From: a virus
Reading direction: 5' to 3' (one strand)
DNA length: 30,953 nt
Virus record (IMG/VR): IMGVR_UViG_3300045988_046576
Location: 1 to 30,953 of that record
Shown one piece after another: positions 1 to 7,488 of this stretch (positions are counted from its first letter, which is position 1; each line of letters starts with the position of its first letter). The notes under the pieces are model-generated. The model saw nothing but the letters and a program-made list of their open reading frames with translations, ran no database searches and was not told the DNA's origin. The position numbers and the translations under genes were made by a program.

Positions 1-332
1 CTACAGATGGAGGTGACGGCACCTTAGGTATTGTATTCACTCAGGAAAGAAAAGATAAGATTAGAGCCAAATGTGTTGGGAGACATCCATCAGAAGAAAC
101 TCGAAAAAAGATGAGTAATAGTCATAAAGGTAAAGATTTGAGTTATTTAAATAATTCTTTTGGCAATAATCCTAGAGCTAAAAAAGTAGGTGCATATAAA
201 GACGATGTTCTTATTAAAGAATATGATTGTGCTGTTAGTGCTTCTTTAGATGTTGGAGTTCATAAAAATTCTATTTCTAAAGCAATTAGAGGAGGCTATA
301 AAGTAAAAGGATTTAAATGAAAATATATTTAA
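1..332 (+). CDS. GIY-YIG-type homing endonuclease, C-terminal part (5' end cut by window edge)
   Basis: The frame is open from the window start. It has NUMOD3-like repeats (FTQERKDKIRAK, HPSEETRKKMSNSHKGK) and an IENR1-like tail (KKVGAYKDDVLIKEYDCAVSASLDVGVHKNSISKAIRGGYKVKGFKWKYI). TGA at 318-320 is read as Trp and the true stop is TAA 330-332. Confidence 0.7.
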
Positions 333-346
333 AAATAGTATAGTTT

Positions 347-670
347 ATGGATACCAAAGCTAGTAAGCTCCTTCATAAGACGAAGAGGAAGGTAAAAAGC
401 GAAGAATATTTAAAGTACCAAAGATACATAAGATCGAAAGAATTTAAAGCTATTAGAGAGCTTGTATTGGCAAGAGACAACTATCACTGCCAAGTTTGTA
501 ATTGATGTTTAGAAGATGGAGGAAATCGGGTACTGTCAGTCCATCATAAGACGTATGCAAATTTATTTAAAGAAGGCGGGCATTTGGAAGACTTAATAAC
601 ATTATGTTCTGTTTGCCATAAAGCTATACATTCATCTGTTAGTAACTATCAACGATTTAAGATAAAATAA
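347..670 (+). CDS. small HNH endonuclease (107 aa)
   Basis: ATG 347, TAA 668-670. Motifs are HCQVCNWC...SVHHKTY...LCSVCHKAIH (CxxC / HH / CxxCH zinc-HNH pattern). One in-frame TGA (503-505) gives the W in CNWC. Confidence 0.7.
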
Positions 671-673
671 AGT

Positions 674-704
674 AAGGGAGCCTTTTGAGCTCCCTTTTCT
701 TTTT
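674..704. terminator. bidirectional rho-independent terminator between convergent genes
   Basis: An 8-bp stem AAGGGAGC (674-681) / GCTCCCTT (689-696) with a 7-nt loop is followed by TTCTTTTT. It lies between the + strand HNH gene and the first minus-strand ORF. Confidence 0.6.
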
Positions 705-813
705 AATAGATAATCTTACCAGTTTGCAAATCTATAACTGCATTTAAATCTTTAGGTATCACATACACATAATAGACACCATTTATACATACTTTATAAG
801 TTACATACTCCAT
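703..813 (-). CDS. hypothetical small protein (36 aa)
   Basis: Minus-strand ATG at 813-811, TAA at 705-703. Translation is MEYVTYKVCINGVYYVYVIPKDLNAVIDLQTGKIIY. It is tightly packed with the next ORFs and has no homology signal. Confidence 0.3.
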   Translation of the reverse strand: MEYVTYKVCINGVYYVYVIPKDLNAVIDLQTGKIIY

Positions 814-815
814 AA

Positions 816-986
816 TTAAATAGTTGTTGCGTTTGGAATTTCTTCATCTAAGTCTTCCCATTCTAATACTGGGCGTATTTCAACATCCTTTTTATACTCT
901 CTTGCAATGTTTTCAAGATAAACAATTCTGTACTCAAGTTTTTCGATTCTATCGAATAGTTCATTAATTCTTTCTTTATCAGTCAT
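816..986 (-). CDS. hypothetical small protein (56 aa)
   Basis: Minus strand, MTDKERINELFDRIEKLEYRIVYLENIAREYKKDVEIRPVLEWEDLDEEIPNATTI. It is coiled-coil-like, its Trp is TGG, and a 2-nt gap separates it from neighbours. Confidence 0.4.
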   Translation of the reverse strand: MTDKERINELFDRIEKLEYRIVYLENIAREYKKDVEIRPVLEWEDLDEEIPNATTI

Positions 987-988
987 AA

Positions 989-1156
989 TTAGTCATTTTT
1001 AGAATAAAATTTATAATCTCTTTGGCTTAAAATCTTTTTAATTGCAGCATCCATTTTGCTGCTTTCTTTTTTATGGTATTCCATCCATATATCCAGTTCT
1101 TTTAAGAAGAGGTCTGAATCCCTCAGAACCTCTTCTATCGTTTTCTTTGTTTCCAT
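989..1156 (-). CDS. hypothetical small protein (55 aa)
   Basis: Minus strand, METKKTIEEVLRDSDLFLKELDIWMEYHKKESSKMDAAIKKILSQRDYKFYSKND. Trp is TGG and the stop is TAA 991-989. Confidence 0.4.
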   Translation of the reverse strand: METKKTIEEVLRDSDLFLKELDIWMEYHKKESSKMDAAIKKILSQRDYKFYSKND

Positions 1157-1178
1157 ATGCAAATATAATAATTATATT

Positions 1179-2906
1179 TTAATTTTCCAAATTAAATACG
1201 AATTTTTTATTTAAAATTACATAACCTTCTACTTGTTTGCCTTCAATTCTTTTTTGGCACTTTTTAACGTCATAGTATTTGTCAATCTCAGTAGCTTTAG
1301 GAGCTGTAGTAATTCCTGCAACAGTATAAGCATCTTTTATATACTTCTTAATATCAGCATTAGAATACCACATTCCAAGGCTTAAATGCTCATTTAATTT
1401 CTTTGCAGCTTTGTTATCTGTAGATTTATTAGAAGCTTTGAGTAATTCATCTTTAATTGCGCTAATGCAATACTTTAAACTTGCCATTTTCTCAAATCCG
1501 AGCTTTGTAATAGCATCCATTAACCAAGGATATTTAATCTTAGCGTTATCTAAGATAGGAGTTGCAAATCTATACTTTACTTCCCATTCAGCTCTAATAT
1601 CTTTAATAAGCTCTTTAAATGGTTTGGTATCTGAATCAAAGTCAATCTTAATTGAATTATCCTCGCATTCTACAACCTTTTTAAAGCCATTCTTTAAATA
1701 CTCATTGTTAAGATTAGTTCTAATTGAATATAAACCTCTTGTAACCTTGAAGTTAAATATATCAACTTTAGCCATATTAGGATCAAACGTAAAGGTATAA
1801 TCGTCATTTACTTGAATATAAGTATCACTGGTAAACTCTTTAAGTTTCTTTCTTGCAACTTCTGGCATTGCATTATAAGCCTCAACTGCAATTTTAGTCT
1901 CTTCGATATTCTGGAGATTCTTCTTTCTAAAATCCTCATAAGATACCTCAGCGTATCTTGTTGCAGAATATAAGTGAGTAATCCAATTTAAATACTTACT
2001 ATTTCTAATTCTACCAGCAATCTGCTGAATTGAAGTTGAAATATCAAGTAATGTCTGAGCTTTCTGAGCATCCGAAACTACTACAATACGTCCATTTTCA
2101 TCATAAATATCAGAACCTTCAAATACTGTAGAAGTTAATAAGTTAATCTTTTTAGGTTCATCTAATACAGTAGAGTTCTTAATTGTAAGTTTAGTCTTGT
2201 TATTCTTTGAATAAATAACTCTTGTATTTGATTCATTTAATTTGGCCTTCTGAATAAGGTTCTTTATAAAGTCAACTGAGTTAACAAAGATATATATATT
2301 ACCTTCAACCTGATTGTTTAAAACTGCAGTTATAAGCTTAATAGTTGAAGCCTCAACATTCTTACATTTAACAGCCTGAACTTTAGTCTCTATAACATCA
2401 TCCCATTCTTGTTTTACTAATGGAAGATCTTTTAATTCATCAAGTACAAACTCTTCTTCAAGTGGAGTTGCAGTCATAAAAGTATACTCTTTAAAGAGCT
2501 TATAGTTATCAAGTACAGGTTTAATAGCATCCTTTCTAAAGCTATACTGATTAAAAAGAATATGATACTCATCTACTAATAAACTATAGTCTTTAGGATT
2601 AACTGCCGAAATAACTTTTGGTAAAGAGTTATAAGTAACAATGATTTTAGGGCAATTAACTCGTTTTACATAATCTTTAATCTCTGCAATCGTTACTCCA
2701 GCAAATACACCGAAGATCTCTTCTGTACGTCTTTCATTAGGATACTGTTGAATCTTGTTCTCAACTAAACTGGTAAAAGGAACACAAATAACATAAGGCT
2801 TGTTACATTCAATAGCCATAGAAGTTCCACCACAACCAACTTTTCCTTTGTCAAATAAGCAATTTACAGGTAATTCATCAATAATGTTATTTAAATACGT
2901 TTTCAT
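1179..2906 (-). CDS. superfamily-2 (DExH-type) helicase, 575 aa
   Basis: Intact ORF in the standard code. It has a P-loop-like GKVGCGGTS, motif II LLVDEYH, motif III MTAT and motif VI QIAGRIRN. All 5 Trp codons are TGG, with no in-frame TGA. Confidence 0.7.
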   Translation of the reverse strand: MKTYLNNIIDELPVNCLFDKGKVGCGGTSMAIECNKPYVICVPFTSLVENKIQQYPNERRTEEIFGVFAGVTIAEIKDYVKRVNCPKIIVTYNSLPKVISAVNPKDYSLLVDEYHILFNQYSFRKDAIKPVLDNYKLFKEYTFMTATPLEEEFVLDELKDLPLVKQEWDDVIETKVQAVKCKNVEASTIKLITAVLNNQVEGNIYIFVNSVDFIKNLIQKAKLNESNTRVIYSKNNKTKLTIKNSTVLDEPKKINLLTSTVFEGSDIYDENGRIVVVSDAQKAQTLLDISTSIQQIAGRIRNSKYLNWITHLYSATRYAEVSYEDFRKKNLQNIEETKIAVEAYNAMPEVARKKLKEFTSDTYIQVNDDYTFTFDPNMAKVDIFNFKVTRGLYSIRTNLNNEYLKNGFKKVVECEDNSIKIDFDSDTKPFKELIKDIRAEWEVKYRFATPILDNAKIKYPWLMDAITKLGFEKMASLKYCISAIKDELLKASNKSTDNKAAKKLNEHLSLGMWYSNADIKKYIKDAYTVAGITTAPKATEIDKYYDVKKCQKRIEGKQVEGYVILNKKFVFNLEN

Positions 2907-2942
2907 AATTTAATAAATTTTAAAGGTTAATAATTTAAAGTT

Positions 2943-2985
2943 TTTTATTTTTCTTAATACAAAATGTGAGAAAAAAACTTGACAT
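2943..2985 (+). promoter_or_regulatory. conserved 43-nt bipartite motif, copy A
   Basis: TTTTATTTTTCTTA-N9-GTGAGAAAAAAACTTGACAT. It has the same 14+9+20 architecture as copies at 8285, 17820 and 25147. This copy lies between two minus-strand genes. Confidence 0.6.
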
Positions 2986-2988
2986 CAA

Positions 2989-3019
2989 CTGCCAAAAAGT
3001 GGCAGGACTTTCACCTGCC
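2989..3019 (-). terminator. overlapping hairpins, likely attenuating terminator after the 65-aa leftward gene
   Basis: The hairpins are CTGCCA(2989-2994)/TGGCAG(3000-3005) and GGCAGG(3001-3006)/CCTGCC(3014-3019). They share GGCAG, so they are mutually exclusive. On the minus strand the second hairpin is followed by ACTTTTTGG. Confidence 0.4.
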
Positions 3020-3028
3020 TGGAAGTAG

Positions 3029-3226
3029 TTAAAAAGAAATATTAAAAAATCCAAAAAATGAAGATTTTGATTTCTTAGCTTTCTCAGCCTCTTCATTTTC
3101 TTTAATTTCATCTAAGGCTTCTTCGCATAGAGTTTGAGCCTTTTCAAGAGCTCCTTCTTCAGTAACTTTACCGTTTACTATATCAAGGAAATATTCTAAC
3201 GCTTCAATTTGTTTTTCAGTATTCAT
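3029..3226 (-). CDS. small acidic early protein (65 aa)
   Basis: ORF track entry. It has 15 D/E versus 8 K (net about -7) and a hydrophobic C-terminus SSFFGFFNISF. It is the first gene downstream of two tandem host-type promoters. Confidence 0.55.
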   Translation of the reverse strand: MNTEKQIEALEYFLDIVNGKVTEEGALEKAQTLCEEALDEIKENEEAEKAKKSKSSFFGFFNISF

Positions 3227-3250
3227 AGTTATATGGTTTTATTGTTAATT

Positions 3251-3311
3251 TTGATAGTACAAATATACAACATATTTTTTCAATTTCCAAATTTTTGAGC
3301 AACTTTTTTCA
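3251..3311. repeat. 61-nt direct repeat, copy 1 (promoter cassette)
   Basis: TTGATAGTACAAA...AATTTCCAAATTTTTG...AACTTTTTTCA aligns without gaps to 3349-3409 (period 98 bp), with identical blocks of 13, 16 and 11 nt. Confidence 0.85.
3260..3291 (-). promoter_or_regulatory. Bacteroidota-type promoter P1 (leftward)
   Basis: The minus strand reads TTTG (3291-3288) - 20 nt - TATATTTG (3267-3260). This matches the Bacteroides/Flavobacterium consensus -33 TTTG / -7 TAnnTTTG with 19-21 nt spacing. It lies about 33 nt upstream of the ATG at 3226. Confidence 0.65.
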
Positions 3312-3348
3312 AAAATTTTTCATAGTGTTTAACTATCTATCTCTTATC

Positions 3349-3409
3349 TTGATAGTACAAAGATAATACATAAAAACTAAATTTCCAAATTTTTGGATAA
3401 CTTTTTTCA
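3349..3409. repeat. 61-nt direct repeat, copy 2 (promoter cassette)
   Basis: See copy 1. The conserved blocks coincide with the -33 and -7 promoter elements on the minus strand. Confidence 0.85.
3358..3389 (-). promoter_or_regulatory. Bacteroidota-type promoter P2 (leftward, tandem duplicate)
   Basis: The minus strand reads TTTG (3389-3386) - 20 nt - TATCTTTG (3365-3358), inside repeat copy 2. Confidence 0.6.
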
Positions 3410-3441
3410 GTGAAAAAAATTTAAAAAAAATATGCTAAAAA

Positions 3442-3473
3442 TTTGCATATTAAATATAAAATACTTATATTTG
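3442..3473 (+). promoter_or_regulatory. Bacteroidota-type promoter (rightward)
   Basis: TTTG (3442-3445) - 20 nt - TATATTTG (3466-3473), 45 nt upstream of the ATG at 3519. Confidence 0.6.
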
Positions 3474-3518
3474 CAGTACAATAATAAAATAAGTATTAAC
3501 CTATTAAATATTAAAATT

Positions 3519-3734
3519 ATGAAAAAAGTAAATAAAATATTAACTGGATTATTAGTAATCTCTATGTTTTTCGCTGGTTTTAGACTTTATAACGAGTACC
3601 ATAATGTACAGAAAGAAAGATTAGCTAAAATCGAAAATGCCTATTATAAATGCCAAGATTATCTTTGGGAACATCCTGGTGAATTAGATAGACAACAAAT
3701 TGACTCATTGTATAACTATTATTTAAATGAATAA
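3519..3734 (+). CDS. small membrane-anchored protein (71 aa)
   Basis: Internal ATG of ORF 3432..3734. The sequence MKKVNKILTGLLVISMFFAGF gives a single N-terminal TM/signal-anchor. Trp is TGG. Confidence 0.55.
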   Translation: MKKVNKILTGLLVISMFFAGFRLYNEYHNVQKERLAKIENAYYKCQDYLWEHPGELDRQQIDSLYNYYLNE

Positions 3735-3736
3735 TT

Positions 3737-4171
3737 ATGAAAACAGATATTAGAAGTTTAGTATTTACAAAGTCCTTATTTAAGGATTTATATGGAATAG
3801 ACATAGAATGATCTAAAAACGACTATTCCAGATATGATGGTACATTTAAATGGAATAATGTAGATTATATCGTTGAAGTAAAAAGAAGAAGATTTAAATC
3901 AGATAAATATGATACTACTCTTATTAATAGAGATAAGTTTGATCTATTAGCAAGAAACAATTCAGTATTAGTTATTATATTTGATGATGGAGTTTATATA
4001 TTTAAGGATGTTAAGAAAGCATTCGTTAGAGACTCTTATAAATATGGAAGATCAGCTACAGATTTTGATGGAGAATATGGATACTCTTTAAAGACAGAGT
4101 TATCTTTAAATAAAGCTATTAAAATAGATGTAGATACAGAATTTAGTAATTATAAGCCAAATGAACAATAA
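3737..4171 (+). CDS. putative PD-(D/E)xK-fold nuclease (144 aa)
   Basis: ATG 3737, TAA 4169-4171. The motif ...RYDGTF...DYIVEVKRRRF fits D...(D/E)xK. One in-frame TGA (IEWSK) made the ORF invisible in the standard-code track. Confidence 0.4.
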
Positions 4172-4463
4172 TGACATTATTTTAAAATATTATGATTTCT
4201 GTATAGAATTAAAGACTAAATTTGGAATGAATGAGGATTGCTTTCAGATGGCATTATTAGACATACTGGAAACACCTCATTCTAAACTCCAAAGTCTTCA
4301 TAATAAGAATGAATTAAAATATTGAATTACCAGAGTATTTAAAAACTACTGGTTTTCTAAAAATAGTAGATATTACTATCAATATAAGAAATATTATGAG
4401 ATAGTTAAGGAACCTATTGAACAGCAAATTATCAATGAAGAAAACTATGCAGAAGAAGATTAA
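4161..4463 (+). CDS. sigma-70 region-2-like protein (ECF-like sigma N-terminal half, 100 aa)
   Basis: ...NEDCFQMALLDILE...NELKYWITRVFKNYWFSKNSRYY resembles sigma region 2.1-2.4 (D..Q...l....W...i..N...d..R pattern). There is one in-frame TGA (KYWIT). Stop is TAA 4461-4463. Confidence 0.45.
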
Positions 4464-4704
4464 CATAGACGATATTATGGCGGAATACGATTTAGACTTT
4501 AGTATATTTACAGAGATGAATGATAGATTAATTGAAGTATATCCAAAATGGACATCTCTAAATAAAGCCGATAAAACAGTTATGGTATTATATGCCGAAT
4601 ATCAAAGTTATAGAGAAGTTGGAAAGATACTTGGAATTAGTCATACAACCATAGCAAGGGTAATAGCTAACATTAGAAATAAAATATGTGGAAGGATATG
4701 TTAG
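4435..4704 (+). CDS. sigma-70 region-4-like HTH protein (89 aa)
   Basis: LNKADKTVMVLYAEYQSYREVGKILGISHTTIARVIANIRNKI is a classic region-4 / LuxR-type HTH. The frame differs from 4161..4463 and overlaps it by 29 nt. The start is chosen at ATG 4435 (the track uses TTG 4417). Confidence 0.55.
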   Translation: MKKTMQKKINIDDIMAEYDLDFSIFTEMNDRLIEVYPKWTSLNKADKTVMVLYAEYQSYREVGKILGISHTTIARVIANIRNKICGRIC

Positions 4705-5252
4705 AAGAATGGAAACAATACAAGGATTTTCCTTTTGAAGTAAGTACTCTTGGTAGAGTTAGAACTATGCAAAGGGTAGTCAAATATAAGGATGGCAGAG
4801 AATATAATTACTCAAGTAAGATTATAAAACAATACATTACTAGAGAATATAGTTATATTGTGATTTCACTGCATTCCAAAACATATAATTTTAGAGTGCA
4901 TAGATTAGTAGCTGAAACATTTATACCAAATCCAAATAATTTACCTCAAGTAAATCATATTGACGAAAATAAGTTAAACAATAGAGTTGAAAATCTGGAG
5001 TGGTGTACTGCTAAGTATAATTTAAATTATGGCACTCATACTAAGAAAGTTGTTGAAAAATTAACAAATGGCCCACTTGCTAAAAAAGTAGCTCAGTATG
5101 ACTTAGATGGCAACCTAATTAAAGTATGAGATTCTATAAGAGAAATAAAAAGATGCTTGGGATATGATAATGGAACCATTTCCAAGTTTTGTAGGAACAA
5201 AGTAAATTGTAAACATTGTTATGGGTTTATTTGGAAGTATTCTAATAATTAA
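4686..5252 (+). CDS. HNH homing endonuclease (188 aa)
   Basis: It has a NUMOD4-like N-terminus (FEVSTLGRVRT), an HNH_3-like [37 protein letters not shown], and an IENR1-like tail ending GFIWKYSNN. The TGA at 5127-5129 is read through and the stop is TAA 5250-5252. Confidence 0.8.
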
Positions 5253-5274
5253 TACTGTTATAGTTATATATACT

Positions 5275-5553
5275 ATGTCAGGATTTGATATTCCTATAAG
5301 GAAAAGATTATGAAATTACTTATATAGAGGATTACCATTTAATGAAGATTGGATGATTAAGCCTTGGGTGTGTAGTTGGTGTTTAGGCACCTGAATTGGT
5401 ATAATTAGTTTATTTTGATTTGGGTTTAGTTTGCCGAACTTATTATTAGTATTGCTAGTTGCATACTATAACGACTTAATTAAAGATATTATGATATTAT
5501 TAAAAGATCTATTTAATAAGCTAATAGATTTGATTTATAAAGTCATTAACTAA
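5275..5553 (+). CDS. small membrane protein, DUF1360-like CxxC-W motif (92 aa)
   Basis: MSGFDIPIRKRLWNYLYRGLPFNEDWMIKPWVCSWCLGTWIGIISLFWFGF... contains 3 TGA and 3 TGG Trp codons. It is invisible in the standard-code track. Confidence 0.5.
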
Positions 5554-5574
5554 CAATTATATATTTTATAGAAA

Positions 5575-5895
5575 ATGAACAAATTAACTAAAGAACAGTA
5601 CAATTATTTAAGCCAATTTGAAGATAGAATGCGATGCGCTCTTCATTCTAATTACTGCCGAAATATTCAGCGTAATGATTTATTAACAATTAAAGAGATA
5701 TATGAGTCTCTTATTGGCACTACTTATAAGATGTCTATGAGTTGCTCTACTTGTATGTTGAATCTAATGAAGAGAATTGCAGTGCCTTATTTTGAATATC
5801 AAAACGAATTAGCAAATGGAACAGTTACCAAAGAAAGTGGGGAGACCGAAAAAGGAAGAAGTACCACAAGAACAAATAGACGAAAAAAAGACTAG
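5575..5895 (+). CDS. hypothetical Cys-containing protein (106 aa)
   Basis: ORF track entry with a CSTC motif. Its basic C-terminal tail overlaps the terS start by 80 nt. Confidence 0.45.
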   Translation: MNKLTKEQYNYLSQFEDRMRCALHSNYCRNIQRNDLLTIKEIYESLIGTTYKMSMSCSTCMLNLMKRIAVPYFEYQNELANGTVTKESGETEKGRSTTRTNRRKKD

Positions 5896-6256
5896 ATACT
5901 TATATGCTGCAAAGCTATTTAATAAAGGATGATCCCGAAATAAAGTAAGCGAAGAATTACAAGCTAAATATAATGTTAGTCAATCAACAGCTGCTCGATA
6001 TATTGGTGAAGCCTATAAAATAATTGCAGATAAGAATGACAATCTTATTAAGAATCTACGTCATATACAATTAACAAGATTGGAGACATTATTAGATATG
6101 GCACTCGCTAAAGGTGATATTAGATCTGCAAATGAGGTTATTAAAACTATAAATTCAATGTTCGGATTAAATACACCTGAAATACAAGTTAATATACAAA
6201 ATAACGAATGCCAGTTTAAATTTGGAGATCCTATTTTAAATGACAAAGATATATAA
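5816..6256 (+). CDS. terS: terminase small subunit-like HTH protein (146 aa)
   Basis: MEQLPKKVGRPKKEE... (AT-hook-like) is followed by an HTH (VSEELQAKYNVSQSTAARYIGEAY) and a helical C-terminus. It lies immediately upstream of, and overlaps, terL. One in-frame TGA (KGWSR). Confidence 0.55.
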
Positions 6257-7487
6257 AGGATACAATCCATTCGTTTATCAGTTTAAAGTACATACTGCTA
6301 TGAACGAATCGTACAGATCAGGTAAAGTATATACAATTAAAGCTAAACGACAAGTTGGTAAATCTTTACTTGCCGAAAATGAACTTTTAAGATTTGCAAT
6401 AAATTATCCAGGTACAGTTAATTGCATAGTTGAACCTACTTTAGGCCAATCTAGAAAGGTATTTAAGGAAATAGTTAATGCAACAATAGATTCTGACATT
6501 ATAAAGAGAAAGAATGAAACTCTTTTGGAATTAGAGTTTACTAATAATAGTTCGATACTCTTTAGATCTGGTGAACAGATGGATTCTTTACGAGGATTCT
6601 CAGTAAGTGGATTACTTGTATTAGATGAGGCTGCTTATTTAAAAGATGAAGTATTTGAGATTATAAAGCCTACTACAGACGTATGATCTGCTCCAATCTT
6701 AATAATCAGCACACCTAGATTTAGAGAGGGATTCTTTTATGAATGCTTTATAAAAGGACAAGATCCAAAATATGAAAAGTTTTATAAGTCATTCGATTGA
6801 GCATTAGAAGATACATCTATGCTGCTTGATAAAGAGAAGCTAGAAATGTATCGATTAACTACTTCCAAAAATAAATTTAAGACTGAATATCTTGGAGAAT
6901 TTGCAGACGATGATGGATGTCTATTTAATAACATATCAGAATGTATATTAAGTGAAAAACCTTCATATACAAACCTTTATATAGGAGTAGACTGAGCAAC
7001 TGGAAGCGGTAAAGACTATACTTGCATTACTGCTTTAAATGAAAAAGGCCAAATGGTATTTATTAAATATTTTAACGACAAAACTCCAACGGAACAGGTT
7101 GATATACTGACATCTATACTCTCTGAATATCAAGATGTTATAAAGACAGTACAAGTTGAACAGAATTCAATTGGTAGTGTTTTTTATGATATTCTCATTA
7201 AGAAGAATCCTAAAATACATATAGTTAAGTTTTTAACTACTAATTCTTCTAAAGCTAACCTTGTTAATAAGCTACAAGCTGCATTAGAGAATGGTAAAAT
7301 TGGATTATTAAAAGATGATAAACTTTTAAATGAGTTGAGGCTATATGAAGCTAGTTATAATCCGAGAACTGGAAATGTAACATATAACGCACCATCTGGA
7401 TTTAATGACGATACAGTGATTAGTCTTATGTTGGCATACGACTCTTTAAATAACACTAAAGGTAAATATAACTTAAAATTTAAATAA
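6240..7487 (+). CDS. terL: terminase large subunit (415 aa)
   Basis: Track ORFs 6240..6686 and 7053..7487 are in the same frame and are joined by reading 3 TGAs as Trp. It has Walker A KAKRQVGKS, Walker B LLVLDEAA, and nuclease motifs IGVDWATG and GFNDD. Confidence 0.85.
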
Positions 7488-7488
7488 T

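Noticed and set aside
1411-1800. A 129-aa + strand ORF lies inside the helicase gene.
   Set aside because: It is antisense to a well-supported 575-aa helicase ORF. It has hydrophobic low-complexity composition typical of shadow frames in AT-rich DNA.
3432-3518. The ORF-track N-terminal extensions starting at non-ATG or far-upstream codons (3432, 8321, 11480, 25202, 28610, 30284) could be the true starts.
   Set aside because: The extensions run through promoter or motif sequences or overlap the preceding gene. They encode low-complexity Ile/Leu/Lys/Tyr-rich peptides. Internal ATGs placed right after the upstream stop give compact, coupled gene junctions.
5575-6256. The 80-nt overlap between ORF 5575-5895 and terS could be a frameshift fusion.
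   Set aside because: terS has its own ATG (5816) right after an in-frame stop, and a typical basic N-terminus (GRPKK). There is no slippery sequence in the overlap, so two overlapping genes is the simpler reading.
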